Below, in pieces: positions 14,276-27,641 of a stretch of DNA of 64,000 bases. The position numbers were made by a program, and so were the translations under genes. Location: NCBI GenBank assembly GCA_964016885.1, contig OZ024743.1, positions 255,378,001 to 255,442,000 on the forward strand, written 5' to 3'. This DNA is from Eledone cirrhosa. Taxonomy: Eukaryota. The notes below the pieces were generated by a model that worked only from the letters and a program-made list of their open reading frames with translations, was not told the origin of the DNA and did no database searches. The first letter of the stretch is position 1. Each line of letters begins with the position of its first letter.

Positions 14276-17061
14276 TAGCTAACAAGCTTGAAACTAGTAC
14301 AGCGTTCCTTTGTCAGTGTTGAACAAACGAGCAACGGTGGTTGCTAGACACTACGGCTTAATACGGGATGTTTGTTTACAAACACACCGAGCATTATAAT
14401 AAATGTTCGGTGAATCCATACGTGCATATATATATGTGTGCATGTATGTATATATATATATATACATACTACTGTACGTCGGTATACATATATGTATGTA
14501 CGTGTACATACTTATATTTAAGTAACAGCCGTACTAAGAGTGGGAAATGAAATATCGTTTCATTTTTTCCGTTTATCGTTTTCGGTGCACCCGGCCGATT
14601 AACCCACTCGATATGCATATTGGGCTTCTCAGCCGTTAATATGCATAAGGTAAGTATATACGTTCAACAATCTGGCAGGAAGGTATACGTTGCTGACGAT
14701 AGCTAACAAGCTTGAAACTAGTACAGCGTTCCTTTGTCAGTGTTGAACAAACGAGCAACGGTGGTTGCTAGACACTACGGCTTAATACGGGATGTTTGTT
14801 TACAAACACACCGAGCATTATAATAAATGTTCGGTGAATCCATACGTGCATATATATATGTGTGCATGTATGTATATATATATATATACATACTACTGTA
14901 CGTCGGTATACATATATGTATGTACGTGTACATACTTATATTTAAGTAACAGCCGTACTAAGAGTGGGAAATGAAATATCGTTTCATTTTTTCCGTTTAT
15001 CGTTTTCGGTGCACCCGGCCGATTAACCCACTCGATATGCATATTGGGCTTCTCAGCCGTTAATATGCATAAGGTAAGTATATACGTTCAACAATCTGGC
15101 AGGAAGGTATACGTTGCTGACGATAGCTAACAAGCTTGAAACTAGTACAGCGTTCCTTTGTCAGTGTTGAACAAACGAGCAACGGTGGTTGCTAGACACT
15201 ACGGCTTAATACGGGATGTTTGTTTACAAACACACCGAGCATTATAATAAATGTTCGGTGAATCCATACGTGCATATATATATGTGTGCATGTATGTATA
15301 TATATATATATACATACTACTGTACGTCGGTATACATATATGTATGTACGTGTACATACTTATATTTAAGTAACAGCCGTACTAAGAGTGGGAAATGAAA
15401 TATCGTTTCATTTTTTCCGTTTATCGTTTTCGGTGCACCCGGCCGATTAACCCACTCGATATGCATATTGGGCTTCTCAGCCGTTAATATGCATAAGGTA
15501 AGTATATACGTTCAACAATCTGGCAGGAAGGTATACGTTGCTGACGATAGCTAACAAGCTTGAAACTAGTACAGCGTTCCTTTGTCAGTGTTGAACAAAC
15601 GAGCAACGGTGGTTGCTAGACACTACGGCTTAATACGGGATGTTTGTTTACAAACACACCGAGCATTATAATAAATGTTCGGTGAATCCATACGTGCATA
15701 TATATATGTGTGCATGTATGTATATATATATATATACATACTACTGTACGTCGGTATACATATATGTATGTACGTGTACATACTTATATTTAAGTAACAG
15801 CCGTACTAAGAGTGGGAAATGAAATATCGTTTCATTTTTTCCGTTTATCGTTTTCGGTGCACCCGGCCGATTAACCCACTCGATATGCATATTGGGCTTC
15901 TCAGCCGTTAATATGCATAAGGTAAGTATATACGTTCAACAATCTGGCAGGAAGGTATACGTTGCTGACGATAGCTAACAAGCTTGAAACTAGTACAGCG
16001 TTCCTTTGTCAGTGTTGAACAAACGAGCAACGGTGGTTGCTAGACACTACGGCTTAATACGGGATGTTTGTTTACAAACACACCGAGCATTATAATAAAT
16101 GTTCGGTGAATCCATACGTGCATATATATATGTGTGCATGTATGTATATATATATATATACATACTACTGTACGTCGGTATACATATATGTATGTACGTG
16201 TACATACTTATATTTAAGTAACAGCCGTACTAAGAGTGGGAAATGAAATATCGTTTCATTTTTTCCGTTTATCGTTTTCGGTGCACCCGGCCGATTAACC
16301 CACTCGATATGCATATTGGGCTTCTCAGCCGTTAATATGCATAAGGTAAGTATATACGTTCAACAATCTGGCAGGAAGGTATACGTTGCTGACGATAGCT
16401 AACAAGCTTGAAACTAGTACAGCGTTCCTTTGTCAGTGTTGAACAAACGAGCAACGGTGGTTGCTAGACACTACGGCTTAATACGGGATGTTTGTTTACA
16501 AACACACCGAGCATTATAATAAATGTTCGGTGAATCCATACGTGCATATATATATGTGTGCATGTATGTATATATATATATATACATACTACTGTACGTC
16601 GGTATACATATATGTATGTACGTGTACATACTTATATTTAAGTAACAGCCGTACTAAGAGTGGGAAATGAAATATCGTTTCATTTTTTCCGTTTATCGTT
16701 TTCGGTGCACCCGGCCGATTAACCCACTCGATATGCATATTGGGCTTCTCAGCCGTTAATATGCATAAGGTAAGTATATACGTTCAACAATCTGGCAGGA
16801 AGGTATACGTTGCTGACGATAGCTAACAAGCTTGAAACTAGTACAGCGTTCCTTTGTCAGTGTTGAACAAACGAGCAACGGTGGTTGCTAGACACTACGG
16901 CTTAATACGGGATGTTTGTTTACAAACACACCGAGCATTATAATAAATGTTCGGTGAATCCATACGTGCATATATATATGTGTGCATGTATGTATATATA
17001 TATATATACATACTACTGTACGTCGGTATACATATATGTATGTACGTGTACATACTTATAT
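14276..17061 (+). repeat. Same 424-bp unit inverted, right arm (~6.6 units; ribozyme sense on plus strand)
   Basis: Reverse complement of the left arm with period 424 (14368, 14792 ... 16912); ends in a (TA)n tract. Confidence 0.98.
14662..14748 (+). ncRNA. Type I hammerhead ribozyme motif (representative; repeats every 424 bp, 6 intact plus-strand copies)
   Basis: ACGTTG-CTGACGA-T-AGCT-AACA-AGCT-T-GAAA-C-TA-GTA^CAGCGT. Stem I ACGUUG/CAGCGU is extended by AAGG/CCUU, CUGGCA/UGUCAG and GUUCAACA/UGUUGAAC. Stem III is the palindrome ACUAGU. Predicted cleavage after 14723. Confidence 0.8.
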
Positions 17062-18988
<1,927 letters not shown>

Positions 18989-19482
18989 CCATGTTACACA
19001 CACATACGTACATATATATACACATCATTGATGGTGATGAATACTTATTCAGAATTCCTACAGGCATGAAATATTGCAAGGGTGTATGTGTACATATGTA
19101 TATACATTTATATATATATATATACGTATGTGTGTGTTTTAAACTAGTATGTGACTGTCTGTATATTCTGCTGTGAATAGTATATGAAGGCAATAGTTGA
19201 TATATTGGGAGAAATAAGCCTTGGGCAGTGAGAATCTAATAAATGTCTCCAGTTTTTTGGGCAAAAGTTCAAAAACAGGAAAAAAGTAAATAAATATATA
19301 AATATATAAACATTTAAAAAAAAAATTAATAAACTACATCCAAATGACAACCACATCACTATATAAGTATGTCATTTTGGGGACTGCTACTTAGGAGGTA
19401 GGATGTTTGAAAAATATCTCTAATAAAGATGATATATATATGAACACATGTGTGCACTGTGTGTATCTATATATATATATAT

Positions 19483-19680
19483 ATAGGAACCAGTAAGACC
19501 CCGACAGCTGAGCTCAAGCCGTTTCGACGGCTAATTCAAAATTATTCAGAATTAGCCGTCGAAACGGCTTGAGCTCAGCTGTCGGGGTCTTACTGGTTCC
19601 TATTACCCACTCTACTACCTCAAGTATTGAGTACTTTGGTGCGTTATGGTCCACCTGGTTCCTTACCACATTTCCTTCGT
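19483..19680. mobile_element. Short dispersed element with a perfect 55-bp inverted repeat (possible Penelope pLTR remnant)
   Basis: Arms 19483-19537 and 19549-19603 with an 11-nt spacer. A related non-palindromic copy is at about 34247-34420 and relatives at about 38140-38800; all abut simple repeats. Confidence 0.55.
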
Positions 19681-20073
19681 TATATATATATATATATATA
19701 TATGTATAATCGCTGTGGAAATGCATAATGTATCTTATATATTGTCAATTCTACTACGTATGGGTAGGTTGTATGTGTGTATATATTCATATATATATAT
19801 ATATATATATGTATAATGTCCCAACCCGGCAAGCAAGGAAAAGCAGATGTAAAGTGATGACAATGATGATGAAGAGGAAAATAAAGAGATGTATGTGTGT
19901 GTGTAAGAGTACAGACAAAAGGTATGATTCACATTTGACAGCATTGCATTGGCTTATTATTATTGATACAAGTATTAAGATGTAGTTTAATAACATGTAC
20001 AGATAGCAGTTTAACTATGTATATACATACGCACACACCCACACACACATATATTTATATCTATATATATATA

Positions 20074-20133
<60 letters not shown>

Positions 20134-20169
20134 TATACATGTGTGTTTATAAAAAAATAAAGAACTCTT

Positions 20170-20467
20170 CAGTCACAAATGACCATGAGATTTGCACCTA
20201 GAAAATTTCCCTCTAAGGCACCAGTCTAGACAAATTACTCATGCATATTGGTCACCCCTTTCCATGCCATCAATGTCTAAGTGAAAGGCAAAGGCCGATA
20301 CAGTTTGGCACCAATGACAATGCAATACATTTCTACAGCTGAGTGAACTGGAACACCATGAAATGAAGTGTCTTGCTGAAGAACACAACTGATTGCCCTC
20401 TCCGTGAATCAAACTCATAACCCACAATGGTAAATCCTATGCTCTAACCACTAAGGCATGTGCCTTC
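20170..20467 (-). mobile_element. Degenerate tRNA-derived SINE (same head as 645-975)
   Basis: CTACAGCTGAGTGAACTGGAACACCATGAAATGAAGTGTCTTGCT..GCTCTAACCACTAAG..TGCCTTC. Confidence 0.7.
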
Positions 20468-20502
20468 ACACACACATATATATATATATAAATATGTATA
20501 TT

Positions 20503-22770
20503 GGGGAGAAGTATGTCCGAGATGGCAATGGTGCACTTGCCCTAACCAATGCCAAAAAGAAGACAGCATGAATGCATCATTATGAAAGACTGATGAATGA
20601 GGAGAGTGCATGGGAGGAAGCTAGTCTGCTACAAGTAGACCCAACAGAGGGACCAGCTGTACAACAGCACCCTAGTAAGTAAGTCAATTAAGGATGTGAA
20701 GACAGGTAAAGCAGCTATGCTATTTTGAATATATGCTGAGATGCTGAAAGTATTTGGGATGGTATTACACACCTTAAGCCTCCATATTGTAAACCAAGTA
20801 ATACAAAATGGTGCTATACCCAATGACTGGCAAACCAGCATCATCATCAACTGCTACAAATGCAAAGGTGATGCACTAGTCTGAAGAAAATACTGAGGCA
20901 TCAAATTGAGTGACTAGGGCATGAAAATTACAGAAAAAGTCATTGCACAACTGACTAGAGATCGAATGAACCAAGATTCAATACAATTTGGATTTGTGTG
21001 AGATAAAAGTAGCACTGATGCTGTCTTCTTTGTAATGCAACTACAGGAGAAGTATCTAGCTGAAAGTAAACCCCTCTACATGGCATTTGTTGTTCAGGAG
21101 AAAGCAATTGACAGCGTTCCCTGTTCCATAAGCTGATAGGTACTTAGGAAACTAGGGGTAGATGAGTGGCTTATGAAGACTGTGAAAGCCATGTAGAGAG
21201 GTGCAGTCAAGAAGATTAAAATTAATTATGACTGTAGTGAGGAGTTTAGCATGCAAGTGGGGGTTCATCAGGACTCTGTTTTTAGCACTCTCCTGTTTAT
21301 TATTATCCTCCAGAATGTAACAGAAGTGTTTAAAACACAATGCCCTTAGGAATTCCTGTATGCTGATTGTTTCATTTTCATATTTGAATCTATGGCAGAA
21401 CTAGAGAAAAAATTCTTGAGCTGAAAGCATAACCTGGAATAAAAGGTCTTAAAATTAACTTGGCAATGACCAAATTGTTAATATGTAGAAAGGAAAACAT
21501 GGCCTTGATACCTTGAGGGAAATAGTCCTGCTCAGTGTATAACAAAGAAGTGGGTAGAAATTCTATCCTTTGTCCCAAATTCAAACTATGGATACACAGG
21601 AAATGTAGTATTATCTCAGGCAGGCTAGCAAAGAACATAGGTGTTATATGCACAGGAGCAGCTCTATTAAATTCTTATAGGGCTCGATTTAAGCAGTTAA
21701 CAGCTTCTGTTACTTGGGTGACAAATTGGCAGTGAAGGTGGGTGTTCTGAAAGTACAGTAGCCAAAGTGACAATGCGGCAGAGAAAGTTCAGGGAGCTAC
21801 TACTGCTGCTAGCCAGAAAAGGTTTCTCCTTCAAAAAGAAGGACAAATTGTATGATGCGTGAACATGAAAACAATGCTGCATGGAATGAGACCTGGGTTC
21901 TGTGTGCAGAGCATCTATGAAGATTGAAAAGAAATGAAGCTTGCATGCTTTGATGGATGTGTAATAATTAATATACATGAATAGCAAAATATAAATGAAC
22001 TGAAAGAGAAACTGAGCAGAAGAGGGTTGGATTCAGTGTGCAGGAGATGGTGTGGATATTTGGTGTGTATGGAGGATGACAGCCATATAAAAAGATATAG
22101 GGCTTTCAAAGTTGATGGAAGCTATGGAGTAGGAAGACCTAGGAAAGCTTGGGATGATTTGATAAAAGATGACCTTATACAATTACACCTCTCAAAGGCA
22201 ACAACACAAGATCGAGATCTCTGGCATTATGCAGTACTGCTGACAAGCTGCCATCCATGTCCTGAGGATGAAGCAAACATCTAGAGATCACTAGCATGCA
22301 CCACTTCTCCCCACATCTATACACCTCCCAGGTTTTAACAGTTCACTCATCACCAGCTAAGTACTCCACCTTAGACCTACCTCTTCAATCCCCTCCTTCA
22401 TACAATCACCACACCTACTCCCAAACCACCAATTTCCACATCTGATACACCTCCTTGCCCAACCCATAGCTTCAAGCTTGGAAAGCTGGACATGCTACCC
22501 TTCAATGCTGCTGAAATGACTAAAAGCACACAGTCCCAAAAGCCCCTAGTTCACCATATAAAGTGATTGCATTGGTGACAATAAAAAACACACAGTTCAC
22601 CCTATAAATTGGTCATGTTGGTGATGCACCAAAAGCACCTGGTTCACCATATAAAAGGGTTGTGTTGGAGGCACAACAAAATCACCCAGTCCACCCTGTA
22701 AAGTGGTCATGTTGATGAGATGATAAAACGCATCCAGTACAACCTGTCAGTTGGTTGTTTTGATGCCATG
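20503..22770 (+). mobile_element. Degraded RTE LINE (many stops/frameshifts) with repeat-containing 3' UTR
   Basis: Collinear similarity to 1326-3150 ([42 protein letters not shown]); ~38-bp repeats at 22520-22770. Confidence 0.88.
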
Positions 22771-22981
22771 ATAAGAAGGATTACATGCTCTACGAAGGGG
22801 TGCTAAAAATCCTGGCTTTAAGGGTATTGTGAAAGGGTAGAGCTGTTGCATTTACAGGGAGATAAAACTGCTGGAATAAATGTGTGAATATGAGAATGAA
22901 ATATATTGAATAAAATCATATCTAACTGTTATTTCAGTTCCTGATTATTACTGGAATTCTATAAGAATCCAACATTCATAA

Positions 22982-23073
22982 TTTTCAACAAACAAAGAGA
23001 GTGCTAAGCTCTGAGGAATACCAACAGTATGAAACAGAGATCTGTCAGCTTATCTCTCTTTGTTTGTTGAAAA
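22982..23073 (+). ncRNA. Canonical type I hammerhead ribozyme, copy 1
   Basis: TAAGCT-CTGAGGA-ATAC-CAACA-GTAT-GAAA-CAG-AGAT-CTG-TC^AGCTTA, with a 20-bp stem I extension TTTTCAACAAACAAAGAGAG/CTCTCTTTGTTTGTTGAAAA. Cleavage predicted after 23046. Confidence 0.9.
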
Positions 23074-23299
23074 AAGAGGTAAGTGACATAGTCACTACTT
23101 TAAAACAATAGCATAAGGTCTTCAAAATGCTTTTAATTAAGCATACAGTGTATTACCAAATACACTATATACACATTCATATATACATCGCTATTTCAGA
23201 GCACCAATTCTAATTTTCAATTTTTGCTGGACTGCCAACCGCTCTGTATAATCAGTTGCTGATTATTACTAGAATTTTATAAGAATCCAACATTCATAA

Positions 23300-23390
23300 T
23301 TTTCAACAAACAAAGGAGTGATAAGCTCTGAGGAATACCAACAGTATGAAACAGAGATCTGTCAGCTTATCTCCCTTTGTTTGTTGAAAA
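23300..23390 (+). ncRNA. Canonical type I hammerhead ribozyme, copy 2
   Basis: Identical core (CTGAGGA at 23328, GTC at 23361-23363); stem I GATAAGCT/AGCTTATC plus a long extension. Confidence 0.9.
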
Positions 23391-23523
23391 AAGAAGTAAG
23401 TGTCATAGTCACTATATAAAACAATAGTGTAAGGTCTTCAAAATGCTTTTAATTAAGCATACAATGTATTACCAAATACACTATATATGCATTCATATAT
23501 ACATCGCTATTTCAGAGCACCAA

Positions 23524-23578
<55 letters not shown>

Positions 23579-23584
<6 letters not shown>

Positions 23585-26580
23585 TAATAAAAACAATGAA
23601 TAAAAACAAAGGACAAGTTCCTTATATTAAAAATTCATCATTTTACGATCGTTTCTAGGATATATATGTGTTGGTATGTATATCATATAGATTTATGTAA
23701 AAATTTTACAAACTATCAGAGGAAATATACATACCTTCACATATATATGCTGTCTTCAGAAATAATGATTATTTCTGATATACATACCAACACACATATA
23801 TATCCTAGAAACGATCGTAAAATGATGAATTTTTGAAGATAAGGAACTTGTTCTTTGTTTTTATTCATTGTTTTTATTAATTTATCTTGACTCTGTTTTC
23901 CTGTGATTTTCATCGAAACGTTTTTGAATGCATCTCCTCTTTTCATGATATTTGGATTACATTGAGTTCTTCATACGGATTGGACACTACCGTATATTTT
24001 TGGTAGATTTATCTACATATATATATATAATATGTATATTTATCTACATATTATATATATCTACATATATAATCGCGAGAAGAAACACCTGGAACAAAAA
24101 TTCCTATGTCTTTGCAAGAAACATCACCAGAACAACAATTCTTCACATTACAACAACAGAGACAGTGAAGAAACTACCACCACTTCAAACAATACCACCA
24201 CTCTCGTCACAGACTTCACAGGATCGCTATCATATGAAGAACTTAAACTCCTCAACCTTGGCCCAAATTTAAATTAACTCAGTGACTAGATGACAGGATG
24301 GAACTAAATCTTGAAGCCTGTTTTTGCTGAGCTGCCTACCCTTTCAAATGACTCTCAGTAATACACAACATTACTGATAACAACACTATTACTGCGATGA
24401 ACAGCACTAAATTTCCTATATACCACTTAGACAACCCATTCTCTCCACCGCCTATCAAACGAGAGCTTGACCTCAAACACTCCAGACTTAAGCAATCTAT
24501 TTTTAGCATATTACTGAAACATAAGAAGCTACTCCCTAACATCTCCAGGCAAGAACACCTCATTCTAAACAACATGCGGGAGAAGGACAAAGGGAAAGAA
24601 TTCTTCCTCATCTCGAGGGACACATACAACGACTTGGCATATGAGCACCTTAACAACAGTGAACTATATACAGACGTGACAGACATAGCTGCATCCCAGA
24701 TTGAAGATCACATCAACACCACCTGGATGGATATCTACAGATGAAGACAACTCCCCAACAAATATAAAAACAACCTCACCACCAGAAACAGCAGACTACC
24801 AACGTTCTACCACCTCACTAAAACCAACAAAACCGGTGTTACTCTACAGATTAGACCAATTGTCTCGAGTATAGAAGGACCCCTCTATATAATCTCCTGG
24901 TTCCTCTCCCAGATCCTCAAGCCTCTGCTTGCTACCTGGACATGTCAGCAGCTCTGAAGAAGTCATACAAAGACTACATCAACTACAACCTAACCAACTT
25001 AAACTCAACAGATATGCCTTTAGCTTCAAAGTTCTCTCCCTCTACACGACAGTACCGCTCATCCAGCAGTCAACCTAGTGACTGAGTGCATCATTTCATA
25101 CAACAGATACTGCTTCGACCTCACTCCACAAGACATACATCAGCTTCTATCTGTCATCGTAGAAAATACATATTTCACTTTCTACCACCACACATACAAA
25201 CAAACAACAGGCCTTCTAGCCATCACTTATATGAACCAATTGGAACATTGAGTGCTCAACACCTGCTGCTCCTGTGTTTTCTTCACCCGATACATAGATG
25301 ATATACTCATCCTCAGATCATCCTGTGAAAAGGCCAATATAATATCTACAGCATTTTCAAATACAGATAACAACATACGATTTACAACAGAACACCCCAA
25401 TGAAAATGATTCCTTGACTCTACTGGCCTTCCAACTTAGAATAACAGAAGAAGGTACTATATACACCAACTTCTATAGGAAATCTGCCAGCACAGACCTC
25501 TTTGTGTATTATAGATCAGCCCTTCCACTTGGTGCTAAATCCGGATACATAAGAAATGAACTTACACATATCCTGAATAATTGTAACAAGACAGAAGATC
25601 AGATCACTCACACTACACATTTCATAGATGTACTGAAGATGAACGGATACCCAACATCCACAATGGATCAATTTAAGAATCAAAGGCACTGCAGGTATAA
25701 GGCCTTCTCTAACACCGACTTCATGAAATTACCACATTTCAGTGAAAGCATAACCACAGCTATCCACAGAGCTATCCATAATGAAGGACTGGACATACAA
25801 TTAGCACATTGGGGCTCTTCACTGTGTGGATAGCTGTCTAAAAAGCAATCCAGAGACAACAACAATCAATGCTCGTTGACTAACTGCCCTATCCATGATA
25901 TAGGCATGTGCCAGTGGACACATGTGGTATACCGGATTGAATGCAACAAATGTAATGAGTTCTACATTGGTAGCACAACTCAAGTACTCCACACTCATAT
26001 TAAAGAACACCTCAACACACATGCATCCTCATTCAAAAAACACATTGACAAATCTAGAAACATCAACCAACATATTACCGTTACTATTAAAGCCAGTGAT
26101 AGAAATATGTTCAACCTAAGAATTAAGGAAGCCTTGCTCATACTCATATACCTGCAAATAAATAATAGATTAGAACTGAGCACACAGTACTTGACATAAA
26201 AAGACACTCCCACAGGCACACAAACTAAACATCTCATACAAAAGAGAAAATTGATTTCGCGAAATACTATATTGGCAATTGACATCATTTACATGGAAAG
26301 CGAAGTAACCATCAAAAAACGCTTCAAAATGACTTAGAAAAAACTTAAATCAAAATCAAAATTTAATCCCAAAGAGAGGAAATTGGAACATTATAGAATG
26401 AAAGTTCATTAAACCCAGAAGAAAGGACTTTTATGTCCCGAAATGTTGGACAAATAGAAGAACAATAACAACAACAAAAAAACAAAAAACAAATATTACC
26501 AGGTAAATTACTTTACTTTTCATTACCTCATCTTACAGTCCATTTTGCATTGTTTAGCCTTCTATCTCTTTCAACGTTTT
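23579..26580 (+). mobile_element. Decayed Penelope-like retroelement with inverted 5' repeat
   Basis: RT and GIY-YIG remnants; ~107-bp inverted repeat 23579-23685/23776-23885; decayed hammerhead-like motif at 26415-26450; both ends in (TA)n. Confidence 0.85.
24050..26199 (+). pseudogene. Penelope RT + GIY-YIG endonuclease, fragmented
   Basis: LLNLGP, RLPTFYHL, IRPIVSS, TRYIDDIL, IRFTTE, FYRK and NGYP (RT/thumb); VVYRIECNKCNEFYIGST..IKEH and LRIKEALLI (GIY-YIG). Confidence 0.9.
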
Positions 26581-26789
26581 ATATATATATATATATATAT
26601 ATATCATCATCGTTTAACGCCTATCTTCCATGCTACCATGGGTTTAGATATATACATATCATCATCATTTGATGAAATGGCAAGAGCTCAGCCGTCAGGT
26701 CTAGACACTTTATATAATAACCATACTCTACTACCCCAAGTATCAAGTACTCTGTTGAGTAGTGGTACATATATATATATCATCAGCAT

Positions 26790-27120
26790 CATCATCATTT
26801 TACGTCCGCTTTTCCCTGCTTGCAAGGGTGGGACGGGAACTGATTCTGGCTTGATTTCTATAGCTGGATGCCCTTCCTAACACCAACCTCATTTACAGTG
26901 AGTGCTGGGTGCTTTTTTTGCCATGGCACTTCCATGACCCCTTTGCAGTGGAATGATAGGGACCCCAGTCCTATCATCTCATTTCTACAGCTGAGTAAAC
27001 TGGAGCAATGTGAAATAAAGTGTCTTGCTCAAGGAAACAACACATCACCCGGTCTAAGAATTGAACTCACAAACTTTCGATTGCAAGACCAATGCTATAA
27101 CCACTAAGCCATATGCCTCC
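26790..27120 (-). mobile_element. tRNA-derived SINE with RTE tail (copy of 645-975)
   Basis: Near-identical to 645-975 including the (CAT)n end. Confidence 0.85.
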
Positions 27121-27454
27121 ATATATACACACACACACACACATGCTAGAGCAGAGTATATTAGATGTAAGGAAAATATCCACAATTTATACACACACAC
27201 ACATATATATATGTATATATATAATTACATATATTCCCTTGTTTAACCCTTTTGTTGCATATTTCTAAATAATCATGAAAGATTTAGTAGTATAACCAAC
27301 ATTCTCCTTAATAAGTTAATGTTTTAAACATAACTTAAATAGGTTCTTAATTAAATTATGCAAGTTTGAAGATAAATATAAACATTGTAACCCTTTTCCT
27401 TCCATCTTACTAACAAAAGATATTGCTAATGTTTACATATTTTTGAAAATAATT

Positions 27455-27641
27455 GTTTCTACTATTGGCACAAGGCCAGCAATTACCCAGTACATTACTG
27501 GTACTTTATTTTATCGACCCCGTAAGGATGAAAGGCAAAGTTAACCTTTGGCGGGATTTGAACTCAGAATGGCAAGGGCTGTAACTCCATGAGTCAAAGC
27601 ATGGCGTCCGACCCTCTACCGATACTGCCAATTCAACGCCC
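27455..27641 (-). mobile_element. Second SINE family (Meta-domain-like), minus copy
   Basis: Reverse complement of the 43981-44172 element. Confidence 0.8.

Larger units (their letters stand above)
22934..23530 (+). repeat. Tandem ~1.9 copies of a ~317-bp hammerhead-containing unit
   Basis: Direct repeat starting at 22934 and 23252 with scattered substitutions; ends in (TA)n. Confidence 0.92.

Noticed and set aside
8947-16670. Repeated 60-aa [13 protein letters not shown]...
   Set aside because: Short, partly microsatellite-derived, with no recognisable domain; the unit is better explained as structured RNA. Translation from a circle cannot be excluded but is unsupported.
8922-17061. CRISPR array or tandem snRNA/5S gene cluster
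   Set aside because: No variable spacers or cas genes. ATACTTACCT matches only the first 10 nt of U1 with no further similarity, and there is no 5S or tRNA-like sequence.
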